Of a DNA stretch of 64,000 nucleotides, positions 26,590 through 39,231 are shown in pieces; positions within the stretch are counted from its first letter, which is position 1, and every line of letters starts with the position of its first letter. The position numbers were made by a program, and so were the translations under genes. The notes beneath the pieces were generated by a model that saw only the letters and a program-made list of their open reading frames with translations, was not told the origin of the DNA and made no database searches. Source of the stretch: Mobula hypostoma (taxonomy: Eukaryota); contig NC_086109.1 of the NCBI RefSeq assembly GCF_963921235.1, forward strand, positions 28,460,001-28,524,000, in the 5' to 3' direction.

Positions 26590-27780
26590 TCAAGATGGTG
26601 CCGATAAGTGGCAAACCTTTGTGTGCAGCTCCAATAGGAATCATCAAAAATTCCTATTTAGGACTACAACAACTGAAATCTACAGATGCATCCATGCATA
26701 CTTCAGTAAACAACATCATTTTAAGACATTTTAAAAATCTATCGATATCAGCAATCTCCAAACAGCAGACTTGGCTCACAAGTGCAGTTCCTGTATATGA
26801 AAACGGAAGCGCAGAAGCTCAGATGATCTGCAGGTACGCTTGAAAGGTAAAGGCTTTAGACCCCCACTCCTGATTATCTTGGTGAAGAATGTATAGTCTC
26901 TGGAAAATAATATTGAAGACCTCAGAGACATGCCCAAACCAAAAGCTGTGGATGAACCAGGAGATTCATAGTTTGCTGAGGGCTAGATCTGTGGCATTCA
27001 GAACTATACAAGAAGTCCAGATACAATTAATGAAGGCAATTTTAAGGGTGGATAAACAATTCCAATTGAAGTTAGAGACAGAATCTAATACACATCAGCT
27101 CTGCCGGAATTTGCAGTCCATTACTTCCCAGAAGACAAAACCTCAGGTCATTAATGGCTGTGATACTTCACTCCTAGATGATCGCAATGCCTTTTATGCA
27201 CATTTCAAATGGGATAATAAAACTACATCTGTGTGAATCCCTGCAACATCTGGTGACCCTGTGTTCTCTGTTTCAGAGGCCGACATCAAAACATCTTTCA
27301 AGGGGGTGAACCCTTTTAAGGTATCAGGCACTGATGGTATAACTGGTAGGGCATTGAAAACCTGTGCCAACCAACTGGCATGAATGTTCAAAGACTTCTT
27401 CAAACTCCACTGCTGCAGAAAGAGGTTCCCACTTGCTTCAAAAGGGTGTCAATCATATCAGTGCCCAGGAAGAGCAGTGTGAGCTGCTTCGATGACTATT
27501 ACCCAGTTGCACTCACATCTACTGTGATTATGTGAGTTGAGAGGTGTGTCAAGTCCAGAATCAACACTTGCTTAAGCAGGTAACTGGACCTGCTACAGTA
27601 CAGCAGATGCAATCTCTCTGGCTCTCCATTCAGCCTGGGATCACCTGGACAATAGAAGTATCTACCTCAGGTTGTTGTTTATTGATTACAGCTCAGCATT
27701 TGACACAATCATACCCTCAGTTCTAATCAACAAGCTCCAAACCCAGATCTCTGTATCTCCCTCTGCAGCTGGATCCATAG
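26590..27780 (+). mobile_element. Rex1/Babar LINE, internally deleted, with 5' end
   Basis: 5' [57 protein letters not shown] motifs. Confidence 0.75.
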
Positions 27781-30700
27781 GAGATTCTGTATGTTGGTAG
27801 TAGTTGTTCATTGTGCATTCCAGTTCCTTCCCGGATGCTAAAGGCATGTGGGTTGGTAAGTTAATTGGCAACTGTAAATTGTCTAAAATATGTAGGGGAG
27901 TGCTAGAAACTTGGGTTGATAGGAATGGGGAGAGGGATTAATGTAAATGGATATATGATATTATGCATAGAATCAGCTGAATGCATGATTTAATTATTTT
28001 TTAATATGGGAATAATTAACAATTATGTTTTAAGATGTTGTCTGAATGGATGATTTTGTTCTTGTGATAATGAAAATTACTTTGTGGAAATCTGGGCCGC
28101 TATTTCACCTCAGCTAAAGCTTAATTTTGAGTATAATTTCCACTCAGGTTTTGGAGCAAAAACTTGCTCATGGTCTGGCATGCCAGTTGGTTGAATCTCA
28201 TTGCACAAACCAATTTGGCTCTGCATTATAAGCACACATCTTGGAATGAGATCAATACCACAAAATTTGTAGTTTTTGTTGAATTAAATAGAAAGTTCTT
28301 CTTCCATGAAACATAGAGAAAGATTAACTACGTGTCCTAACAAAGTTAAAAAAAAACTATGCTAAATCCTGAAACAAAAGATCTAATATGTGAATATTTT
28401 GCTTGTATTTATTCAGCCGCGGCTTGTGAAGGTCAGTATTTATATCCGTGCCCGAGAATGTTAAGCTGGTAAATAAAAATCAGACAACATGTGCACATTA
28501 GAAATTTGATTTGGGATTCCTCATTCATGCCTGGCACTTCATGAACTATGCTAAAATTAGAATCAATGAATCACAAAACATACAGAAAAGAAATGAGACC
28601 CTCTGCTTAGGCCAGCTGTGCCAACAGTGATGCCTATGTTAATCCCGTTTGTCTGCATTTCTATCCCAGTACCTGTTCAAGTAAATTTTAAACTACCTTT
28701 GGCAGCTTATTTTAGTTATCATCACCATTTCTTAGAAAAATGTATCCCTCAGAACACTTTTAAAATTTCTCCCCTCTCTCTTTCAAACTTTTTGTCCTAG
28801 ACACTCCTGCCCTCGGATAAAGATTCTGACTCTTATTGGATTAGAATAAAATTGTTATTCTTCTCATCGTTTAACTTTTCCTGTGCATGGTTAAATGTTT
28901 TATACAATTGCCTATATATGTGTAATTGTGGTACAGTTTCCAGCGAATTTTCTGTGATTGTAGTATAACTGAGTCTGTTTCTCTCGAAGTTTCTCTGCAG
29001 CTTGTGTCATGCGATTGATAGGTCTCTTTTCTTGTTCTTACAACTCCTAATAAAATAGGGGTAATTACAAAGTCCTGTGCTTCATTCTTGACTTCTGAAA
29101 TACCTCTGGATCAAAATTTCTCCTGATCCAACATTGTCTACCCCTCTACATCTCCAATAATTTTATAAATCTCTTCAAGTTTATCATGCAGCCTCATATC
29201 TTCCAGTGAGAATAAACACACCCTATCCATTATCTGCTAATAACTATGGCCCACCAGAGAACATCCTGGTGAATCTCTACTCTAATGCCCCCGCATCTTA
29301 CCAATAGTAAAGCAACCAGTGCTCTAAAGCACAGTCTAAACAATTCTCTTGCCCTTGTATAGCCCCACTCAGCAGTCCAGCCCCATTTAATCACAACAGT
29401 ACCAGCAGAGGGTAACTTGGCTCTGAACTGACAAAAAACAATCAGCAAATCAGATGCCAAACTGTATTTTAAGTATTGTGTTAGTAATTATTTCCGCAAG
29501 ATTAAGTTATCTGAAAAACAGTGTTAGAATAGTTCATCTTCATCAGATGAAATTAAATTATCATTGCAGGTGTATCAGGTAGGCATGATATAATATTGCT
29601 GCAACATCTAGATTCTAATGAACTGCTGCACAAGAGAATTAGAATTCATATCCGGTCTTATGGTAAAGCTTTTTGTAGGTAGGTAACCAATGGATGATTG
29701 GTTAGTACAGATGTTAGGGTTCCATTTGTGATGTCAACATGAGACATAAAGGGACATAATGGACACAGGAATTACTATACACTTTCAGACCCCTGCACAT
29801 CCTTTCCAATGCAGCTAGTGTTCACCAAACAGTGACATTTTTCCCCAGCAGCAGGGCAATAGGCAGGGCACACCAGCTAGAACCACTTACAGCTGACATG
29901 CATTAAATCCCAGTCCACGCTCCTAAAGGTAGAGATGGAACGTGATGGCAAAAAGAGCTTCCAAAGGATTGACAGCAAGGCAACACCTCAGTATGATATG
30001 GTCAACTATGTCATGTGATGGATATTTGCTTCCCTGGCCCCTTGTTTTCTTTTTTTTCACTTTCTAAGCATAGCAGCTGCCTCTTGTAAGATCAGATAGC
30101 TGGAAGCATTCTTCCAAATAATATTTCTTTGTTTAACTTCTGGTCATAAATGGGAGTCAGTCTTCAGTTCATAAAATGAAAATGGAAAGCCACAATCAGC
30201 TTGAAGTTTAAAAGCACGGCTTTCCATTAAACTCCATAAATAGCAGATGCTCTGTCAGTGGAAAGTAAGATGTGGCTCACTGCACCTGGATTATGACTGC
30301 TCAAGAGATGCAATAATACACAATGCTTTGTTTAATTTGGGTTCTTTCAAAACAAACAAGCTAAGTTGCTTAGTTCAAGAAAGTTTGCAGACCCAATGGG
30401 TAATATCATTCAGATTTTAAAAAAACTGATCTAATACTGTTGAAAGGTTTATATACTCAAGGAAGTTAGCTAGACAGTATTTACAGCATGAGCTGAGATC
30501 TGTGTTTTCAAACAGCTTCCAGACTTTTTGTATAAAAGGGTATCTGAGGAAATATCATTAACATGTGAAGTCAGCAAAATGGCAAGGAAAAAGTGTATAG
30601 ATGTAAAAACAGTTCAGGCTAAATAGGAATTGGTTAAAGAACATCAAGAAGCATGGAAGAAACACAGATTGAACTGCAATCTATTCCGCTGGCTTCAGTT

Positions 30701-31403
30701 TCTGCAATGGATGACATGTTCATATGCATCATTTTTATGTCTTTTTAGTTTATAGAAATTGTACCTGTGTTTTGGAAATCCTTTTTGATTTAGAACTGCT
30801 TTGTATTTTAGAAGTGTTTTGTTAATTTGGATATGTTTCAGATAGAAATCCTCTGTGAGTTTTAAATGTGTTTTAAGAATGTGAGTTCGAAATGCTCCAG
30901 ATGAAGAAAACAGAATTATCAGTTCAGAAGCAATGGGAATATTTATACAGGACATTGAAACTAAATTCGACATGCCAAAATGACACCAACCCTAGCATAT
31001 AATTATAAATAAACACAAAGATAATAAACTTTTGGGCTAATATCTGGTCAAACAGGGTGATGCACAATCAAGAAGCATGCTGGATAAGGGAGGAAAAAGA
31101 GTGCACATACAAAACTGAAGCAATGCAAATATCTGAAGTTAGAAATGGATATGCTAAAAGTGGTTATAACATGTAAACACAACTGGAAAAGTACTGGCAG
31201 TGTTACTACATAATTATTGGTGTAAAAGGTTACTTGCTTTCATCCATACCTATTAGTATATATCAACAACTATCTTAAAAATCCAGAAAAAGAGTCTGAA
31301 GTTTTGACAGAAGGTAAAACGTATCTCTTACCTAAAGGGGAAATCACAAATGATCCATCAAAATATCATACAATTACTTGCTTACAAGCTATATATAAAA
31401 TTG

Positions 31404-32086
31404 GAGGAGGAGGAGAAGACGGCGGCATGACGCAGTTCGTGCAGCCTCTCTGGTAAATGATATCTGTTATTTGTCAAGTGGGGTACCGTGCACAATTCTG
31501 ATTTGATGGAGACAGACGTGAGAGTACGGAGGAACATCTAGAGAAACTTCTGAAATGCCCGCTTCGCTGCCGCTGCTATTGTGTGGTAGCCGGAATCTCT
31601 GGAGCAGAAGGCCCCGAATCCTCGGCTTTGCTTGTTTCGGTGGCCGGGGCTAGGTCGAAGGAGCTCGGCAGAGGATGACGCTCAGGAGGCTGTATCGGAG
31701 GGGCTCGTCGGAGGCTCGAAGTTTTCGGACGGATGGACTCAGTGTCGGCTGTGGTCGGCTGCTTCCAATGCTTCGGCAGTTGTCTGTGCCTGGAGGTTTA
31801 TGGCAGGGAGTTTCTCTCTTTTGCCACCTGCTATCGGGGACTCGGGAGTCAATCGGGACTTGAGACTTTTTTTTACCGTGCCCATGGTCTGTTCTTTATC
31901 AAATTATGGTATTGCTTTGCACTGCTGTAACTATATGTTATAATTATGTGGTTCTGTCAGTGTTAGTCTTTGGTTTGTCCTGTTTTCTGTGATATCACTC
32001 TGGAGGAACATTGTATCATTTCTTAATGCATGTATGCATTTCTAAATGACAATAAAAGAGGTCTGAGTGTTCTCATAATCTAAAAA
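31404..32086 (+). mobile_element. Young non-autonomous retroposon (non-coding, CpG-rich)
   Basis: TSD AAAATTG (31397-31403 / 32087-32093); GA-rich 5' end, AATAAA and A-tail. Interrupts the R4 RT frame. Confidence 0.75.
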
Positions 32087-32391
32087 AAAATTGTAAAATT
32101 GTGCATCTCCGAGCTAATTACCACTCACTTAGATGACCACAATAAACTTACAGAAGAGCAGAAAAGATGCCATAAGGATAGGAAAGGACGTAAAGGACAA
32201 CTGATTACAATCTGTAATTCTAAATCAAGCTGAGTGGAAAAGTGGAAATCTTTCATGTTGTTATATTGGCAATCAAAAAGCAGTTGATACTGTCCCACAC
32301 TCATGGTTAATAGAACCCAATACTTGTGAAATTCCTTCAACATCTGATGAAACATTGACTTACTGTAATCACTCTATTTATTAACAAAAAT

Positions 32392-33182
32392 AGTTAGATA
32401 AATAGATACCTTATTGATCTCAAAGGAAATTACAGTGTCACAGTGGCAGTACAAATACACAGCTCTTCAAATACGAGAAGAGAAGTAAGACAGAATTAAA
32501 AATAAGTTACCTCAAACAGTCTAACGGGGGAGGGGAGGGGGGGATCATCACTTCCCTGGCTATAGGTTGACTCATTCTAGAGCCTAATGGCCAAGGGTAA
32601 GAATGACCTCATATAGCGCTCTTTGGAGCAGCACAGTTGTCTTAGTCTATTACTAGAAGTGCTCCTCCATTAAGCCAAGGTTGCATGCAGAGGGTGAGAA
32701 ACATTGTCCAGAATTGCCAGGATTTTCTGTAGGGTCCTTTGTTTTACCACACCCTCCAGTGTGTCTAGTTTGACTCCTATAACAGAGCAATCCTTTCCAA
32801 TCAGTTGATTGAGCCTGTTGGCATCACCTGTGTTGATGCCATTGCCCCAGCACATCACCGTATCAAGACTGTATTGGCAAAAACAGACTGGTGGAACATA
32901 TGAAGGAGAGGCCTGCATACTCCAAAGGACTTCAGTCGCCTCAGGAAGCAGAGGTGACTCCGGCCCTTCTTGTACACGGCCTCTGTATTGGTGCTCCACT
33001 CATGTCTGTTGGTCAGCTGCACCCCAGGTGCTTGTAGGTCCTCACCACATCCACGTCCCTTCCATCAATAGTAGCAGGGAGCAATACGGTCTTGGTCTTC
33101 CTAAAGTCCATCACCATCTCCCTTGTCTTACTGATGTTGAGCTGCAGATGTTTCGGCTTGTACCATATGACTAAGTCCTCAC
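32392..33182 (-). mobile_element. Rex1/Babar LINE 3' portion
   Basis: HLQLNISKTREMVMDFRK..VDVVRTYKHLG; C-terminus DANRLNQLI..AILDNVSHPLH. Confidence 0.85.
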
Positions 33183-33349
33183 CAGGGACAACTAGCAGCA
33201 TTATCAAAACAAACTGAGGCATTTTCCAGGGTGACTCTCTAAGCCACTATTGTTTTGTCTAGCTTTAAACCCGCTCTCTAATTTACTGCAACACACATAA
33301 AAGTTGCTAGTGAACGCAGCAGGCCAGGCAGCATCTCTAGGAAGAGGTG

Positions 33350-33386
33350 CAGTCGACGTTTCAGGCCGAGACCTTTCGTCAGGACC
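33350..33386 (-). ncRNA. Minimal hammerhead ribozyme motif
   Basis: Minus strand: GTC CTGACGA AAGGTCTCGGCCT GAAA C GTC^GACTG. Confidence 0.7.
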
Positions 33387-33394
33387 CTTCGTCT

Positions 33395-33430
33395 AGTCCT
33401 GACGAAGGGTCTTGGCCTGAAACGTCAACT
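33395..33430 (+). ncRNA. Minimal hammerhead ribozyme motif
   Basis: AGTC CTGACGA AGGGTCTTGGCCT GAAA C GTC^AACT (one stem I mismatch, consistent with CpG decay). Confidence 0.7.
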
Positions 33431-35078
33431 GCACCTCTCCCTAGAGATGCTGCCTGGCCTGCTGCGCTCACCAGCAACTTTTGCGTGTGTTGCTTGAATT
33501 TCCAGCATCTGCAGAATTCCTGTTGTTTGCCTCTAATGTACTGAATCAGATGAAAATTGGGTATCAAATCAGAAAAAGCCATACAAGTTATACCTTGACA
33601 CTCGTTCTTGCCTGATTTGAGATTATGTGCTCCTTCATCTGTAAAGCCAAAGCAATTAATTCAAATAACAGAACTATGTTCTAAAGATAAATACATGAAC
33701 TTTGGACCAGACAAGTGTGAATTAAATTAAATAGAAGGAAAGGTGCAATACAGCAAATAGAATACAAAACAGAGCAGCGGGATACAATACAACTGATGGA
33801 TGAATATGAAACATTTAAGTATCTGGGATATCAATAAGCAAAGAAAATAGATCATAGTGCAATAAAGGGAAAACATTTGACAGAATTTACTTCAAGGCTT
33901 AAGCAAATCTGCCAAACAGAGCTGAATAGTAAAAATATAACAAAGGCAATAAACACTTCTGCTATACCCACATTAATGTATTATTTTGACATAATATCTT
34001 GGTCCAACACTGATCTGGAAAATTTACAAAGAACTGACAAATTTTAGAAAGCACTATTTACACTTGGACACACTACCTAAGACAGAAGGAGGAAGAAGAA
34101 TAACAGACATAAAGAATTTACACGACAGTTAGATAAAACTTCTAAAGATATACCTTCATCAGTGAAAACAGGTTTCAGCACCTCATCTAAGCATATACAA
34201 TTTTGGTAAGAAGTACATATCACTAAACCTGGATGAAAGTACAATCCAGAAAAATGAAGAAATTGTCACACGAGAAGGAAAAATTAACTAATGGAAGAGC
34301 ATGACTCTTCATGGAAGACATCCCACAATCTGAGCAGAATAGATGTTGACAAGTAAGTGTGGAACACCTGGTTCAGAACTGAAGACCTCTTCCCAGAAAC
34401 AGAAGGGTTTCCTTGTGGCAATACAGGACCAGGCGGTTGACATAAAAAATGATCGAAAATACATAATAAAAGACTAACAAATTCAAGATGATAAATGCAG
34501 AAAGTGCCAAGAGATACCAGAAACAATCTAATATATTACAGGATTAACTCAATCTGCTTATTTACACAGGCACAATCAGTGGCAAACAGCATTTACCAAA
34601 ATATTGCTTTAAAGTACAAACTTGTGAAAGACACCATCCTTACTATAAATACAAATCTGATCCAGTTTTAGAATCAGAGTTCTACAAATTACATTACAAT
34701 TAATCTGTTATTACAGATAGGATAATCCATAATAACCAGCTGGAAATCATATTACAGAATAAACAAGCAAGTACAGCTTAATAGATATTGTTAATCCAAA
34801 TAGACGTAACATGCAGAAATCAAAAAGTGAGAGGCACCAGAAATATGCTGAATTAATAAAGGAAATTGAAAGACTATGGAATGTGAACAGGGTATACATT
34901 AATTCAACAGTAATATCTACAAATGGTATAACCCCAAAGTCACCACACAATAGCATTAAACAATTAGACCATTACAGTAAAATTTATGTAAATTTTCAGA
35001 AAGCCACAATACTAAACATCACCAGAATAGTCTGAAAGTCCCTAGCAATTGAAAATTAGTGCGCTTGGCTATGCTCGT

Positions 35079-37088
35079 CAGTCAGTCAGTCAGTGGGTTC
35101 CATCCCGAGTCTGGGGTTGGCAGCTATGCACCTCCATTTTCTTCGGTCTTGCGCTCTTTTTCTGGCCTCAGCATAACTCAACCCAGTCCATTGCCTCACA
35201 TTATCGTACTAAGTGGTTCGCTGCCTTCCTCTTTCCCTCTTTCCTTCTATCATCCCTTCCAATGACAATTTCTGCAGCCCATCACCTCTTAACAAGTGCC
35301 CGGCATATTCCAGCTTCCTTTTCTGCACTTTCTTCAGTAACTCCTTTTCTGTCCTCGCTCTCTCCAACACTTCCATATTACTGACCTTCATCATCCATCT
35401 AATTTTCTGCATTCTCCTTAAACACCACATTTCAAGTGCCTCCAGTCGTCGTTATGCTTCCTTGCATAAGGTCCACGATTTGACTCCATAATACAGACTG
35501 CTCCAGATGTAGAATTTCCAAACTCTACAACGCAGCCCGACGTCCAACCTCTTGCCACACAGCACTTCACTCAGGCTCCAGAACGTTGATCTTGCAATCT
35601 CAATTCTTCGTCTAATTTCTGTATCACATTTCCTATCCTCTGTGACCATCTGTACCAAGTACACAAATTTCTTGACCTACTCTATGCCTACGCTGTTAAT
35701 TTTGATATTGATTTTGGGGACTTCTCTCTTCCGTGATACTACCATCATCTTCGTCTTTGCAGCATTTATTTTCATTCCAAATCGCTCTCCTTCAGCATTT
35801 AAAAGACTGAGAGTAGAAGACATGGAGCAGACACCAGATAACATGTGGTCAAACCTGAAGGACTGTATGCAAATGGCAGCTGGAGAATTTCTCCCCAAAA
35901 GAAAGAGCGTAGCTAAACAAGCCTGGATGATGGATCACATTCTGAAGCTCATGGAAGAGAGAAGGAAGCACAAAAAGGGCACATCTAAGTACAAGGAATT
36001 GGACCAACAAATAAGAGCAGAATGTGCAAAAGCTAAAGAACAATGGTTTATCAAATGGTGTGAAAAGATAGAGACCATGGACATGTTGATTATTCAAGGG
36101 ATATCCACAGGGAGATTGCAGAGATGACCAACAGGAATAAGAAACAATCAAGGACTGGCATTATTCAAGACAAGGACAGGAACATACTCTTTGAGAATGA
36201 CAAGGTGGAAAGTAAATGGATGGAATACATTCGGGAATTGTACTACGATGCTAGAAATGATCAAGTGAGTGAGAAGAACAGAGGAGGTCTGGAAATTTTG
36301 GTAGCGGAAGTAAGAGCAGCCATTGGAAAGTTAAAAACTGGTAAAGCTTGTGGTGTAGATGGTATTACAGCTGAAATGTTGAAATGCCTTGGCCTTGGCA
36401 ACTCAGAGGTTGAGGAGATCACGAGGCTTTGCAATACAATCTACTCAACAGGAAAGTGGCCAACAGATTTTGTGGTGTCAGAGTTCGTCATGATCCCAAA
36501 GAAAAGTAAGAGCATGAAATGCTCAGACTTTAGAGCCATAAGTCTTATAAGCCATGTCTCCAAGATCTTGTTATTAATACTTCTAAGCAGAATAAAAGTG
36601 ACAGTTCTTAATCAAACTAATAAGTGCCAGAGCACATTTATACGGGGTAAGGGTACCCATAAAGGGATTTTCAATTTGCGAATGATTGAGGAACGAGGTC
36701 TAGAAAAAAAAAGACATTTACATGTGCTTCCTGGATGATAAAAAAGCTTTTGACTGAGTCAATCATGAACAGCTGGTCAATTGCCTGAATTCATTGGGGC
36801 TGGATGGGAAAGATGTTTGACTGATTGCGAGTCTGTACCGGCATCAGATGGCAGTAATAAGAACTAGTGGTGGGATTTCGCTGGAAGCTGAGATCCAGAA
36901 AGGGTTTCGCCAGGACTGCATTATCTCCCCTTTATTATTTAACATTTACTCAGAGGTGATCTTCAGGGTGTTGAATGATGAAGCTGGTGTCCAAATTGAT
37001 GGAGTGACGGTGAACAACTTGAGGTATGCAGATGATTCAGCATTGTTAGCCGAGACTGAGGACGAGTTACTCAGAATGGTAGATAAAT
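35079..37088 (-). mobile_element. RTE-clade LINE with inverted 5' segment
   Basis: Direct 3' part 35079-about 35800 on minus (GMKINAAKTKMMV; MWCLRRMQKIRW..GKRERGRQR; (CTGA)n tail). Inverted part about 35800-37088 on plus (GKACGVDGITAE..FRAISLISH; NNLRYADD). TSD GCTATGCT(C/T)GT (35068-78 / 37089-99). Confidence 0.9.
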
Positions 37089-37149
37089 GCTATGCTTGTA
37101 CCAAAGGTTTTACCAGCTTGAGCTGAGAACAAAAATTAATAATAATAAA

Positions 37150-38085
37150 TTATTTTGACGGGGCAAGTGAAGTTATCCACTCTGGTTCAAGAACCTGATG
37201 GTTGAGGGGTGATAACTGTTCCTGAACCTGGTGTTGTGGGTCCTGAGGTTCCTGTAAATTCTTCCCTGATGACAACAGTGAGAGGAGCGCATGACCTAGG
37301 TAGTGAGGGTCCTTGATGATATCTGCTGTTTTCCTGCAACAGTGCTTTGTGTAGATGTGCTGAATGGTGCAGAGGGCTTTACCTGCAACGAACTGGACTG
37401 TATTCATTACTTTTTTAAGACTTACCGTTCAAGGTGATCCCATACCAGCCGTGATGCAACCAGTCAATATACTCTCCACTGCACATTTGTCAAAATTTTA
37501 GATATCATGCTGAATCTTTGCAGACTTCTAAGGAATGAGAGGTGCTGTCACACTTTCTTTGTAATTGTACTTATGTGCTGGGCCCACGACAGATCATCTG
37601 AAATGATAACACCAAGGAATTTAAATTTGCTGACCCTCTCCACCTCTAATCCCCTGAATGGACCTCCTATTTCCTCCTCCTGAAGTCATTAGTCAGCTCC
37701 TTGGTCTTGCTGACATTGGGAGAGAAGCTGTTGTTCTGGCTGTACTCGGCCAGATTTTCTTTCTTCGTTTTCTTTGCTGATTCATCTCTGCCTTTGTTTT
37801 GGCCAATAACAGTGGTGTCATCAGCAAACTTAAATATGGCATCAGAGCTGAGCTTAGCCTCACAGCCATAAGTATAAAACAAATAGAGCAGATGGCTCTA
37901 CATGATGTTGTGGTACACCTGTTCTGATGGAGATTGTAAAAGAAGTGTTGTTGCCAATCTGAACTGACTGGGGTCTGCAAGTGCAGAAATCAAAGATCCA
38001 ATTGCACAAGGAGGTATTGAGACCATGGTCTTGAAGCTTATTGATTACATTTGATGGGATGATAGTAATGAATGCTGATTTATGC
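37150..38085 (-). mobile_element. Rex1/Babar LINE 3' portion
   Basis: [48 protein letters not shown]. Confidence 0.85.
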
Positions 38086-38974
38086 ATCATGTAGTGTTTG
38101 CCATTGGGAACCAACCTAAAGTAGCTTCTGTTGAAGTAAAGGAGCAACTCACTTCAAGTCACCGTGTCCCATCTTTTGAGCCTTCCAAGCTCACTAGACC
38201 CATTACCCTCCCACCACACTGACCAGCCCCCTTCAAGCCAATTGACCTCCGATTCCAATGAACCCACTCATTATTAAGCAGACCCAAATCCCACATCTCT
38301 CTGTTTACCTACTCCAACTCACTGCCTGTTGACTAATTAGAGTAATTCACAAGTGAGCAACTAAAATCCTTCACACACGTGAATTTGTATGGGTGGGATC
38401 TCCACAGCTGGCATATCCTTCTAATAACCTTAATGCAAGGAGTTATGTCTCCAGTACTAAAGATACATAAAATCCAGTTACAGCCTCATTGTTTCTTCAA
38501 CCCTTATGTCATTATGCCCAACCCTCCTCAGAATAATCAACAACTTCATCCTCAAATTACAGTTCAATCAATTCTCTCAAATGAATTCTCTTCCTAGTGA
38601 CAGAAATTTACACTTGATAGTTCTTGTAAATTCTTGATATTTAAGGAACTTACAACTTTTCCATTTCTTGTAAGATATTTCGAGCTAAAACAAAGTTGAT
38701 GAATTCTTATCCTCTTTAATCCTGCTTCCACCAGATTCTTTTCAATCTCTGGAAAATGAACATTACACCAATGGCAAAGTGCGTCTTTCTGAATGGACCA
38801 TGAACCCATGTGCACTACTTCTTTATTTTGCTCTCTTTTTGCACTATTTTAAAACTTAATTTCACATATATTTAATCTTGTAAGTTATAAGGGTTTTTGG
38901 TATGTATTGCAATGTACTGCTACCACAAAACAACATATTTCAAGATATATGCCAGTGATATTAAAAAAATCTTT

Positions 38975-39172
38975 TTCAGGCAGCTTCCATGGAAATGAAT
39001 AAACAGTCAATGTTTCAGGCCAAAACCCTTCATCGAGACTGAGAAGGAAAAGGGAAGACACCAGAATAAAAAGGTAGATGGGAGGGTGATGAGGGAAAGG
39101 AGGCTAGATAGAAGATAATAGGTGAAGCTAGGTAAGTGGGAAAGGTCAAGGGCTGGAGAAGAAGAAGAGCAG
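38975..39172 (-). mobile_element. Penelope tail fragment with degenerate hammerhead (39004-39041)
   Basis: Minus strand: CAGTC TCGATGA AGGGTTTTGGCCT GAAAC ATT GACTG. Confidence 0.65.
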
Positions 39173-39207
39173 AATCAAGATATAGTCAATTTAGAGAGAC
39201 AGTCAAA

Positions 39208-39231
39208 TGTGTGTGTGTGTGTGTGTGTGTG
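39208..39231. repeat. (GT)n microsatellite
   Basis: Directly visible. Confidence 0.95.

Larger units (their letters stand above)
33289..33530. mobile_element. 242-bp inverted-repeat Penelope-derived insertion with two divergent hammerheads
   Basis: TSD CTCTAAT(T/G)TACTG (33276-33288 / 33531-33543). Minus arm 33289-33386, plus arm 33395-33530. Confidence 0.85.
30960..37150 (+). mobile_element. R4/Dong-clade (restriction-like endonuclease) non-LTR retrotransposon, decayed and interrupted four times
   Basis: FWANIWS..HNQEA.WI (about 31030), LTEGKTYLLPK..DPSKY..ITCL..IYKI (about 31310-31400), GIFQGDSLSPLLFCLALNPLS (about 33218-33280), DKCRKC..PETI CCHC and YLHRHN (about 34490-34575), REL C-terminus ORF 34811-35035; (TAA)n 3' end at about 37137-37150. 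Confidence 0.8.

Noticed and set aside
36124..36738. 204-aa ORF as a functional reverse transcriptase
   Set aside because: Part of a frameshifted, inverted RTE copy.
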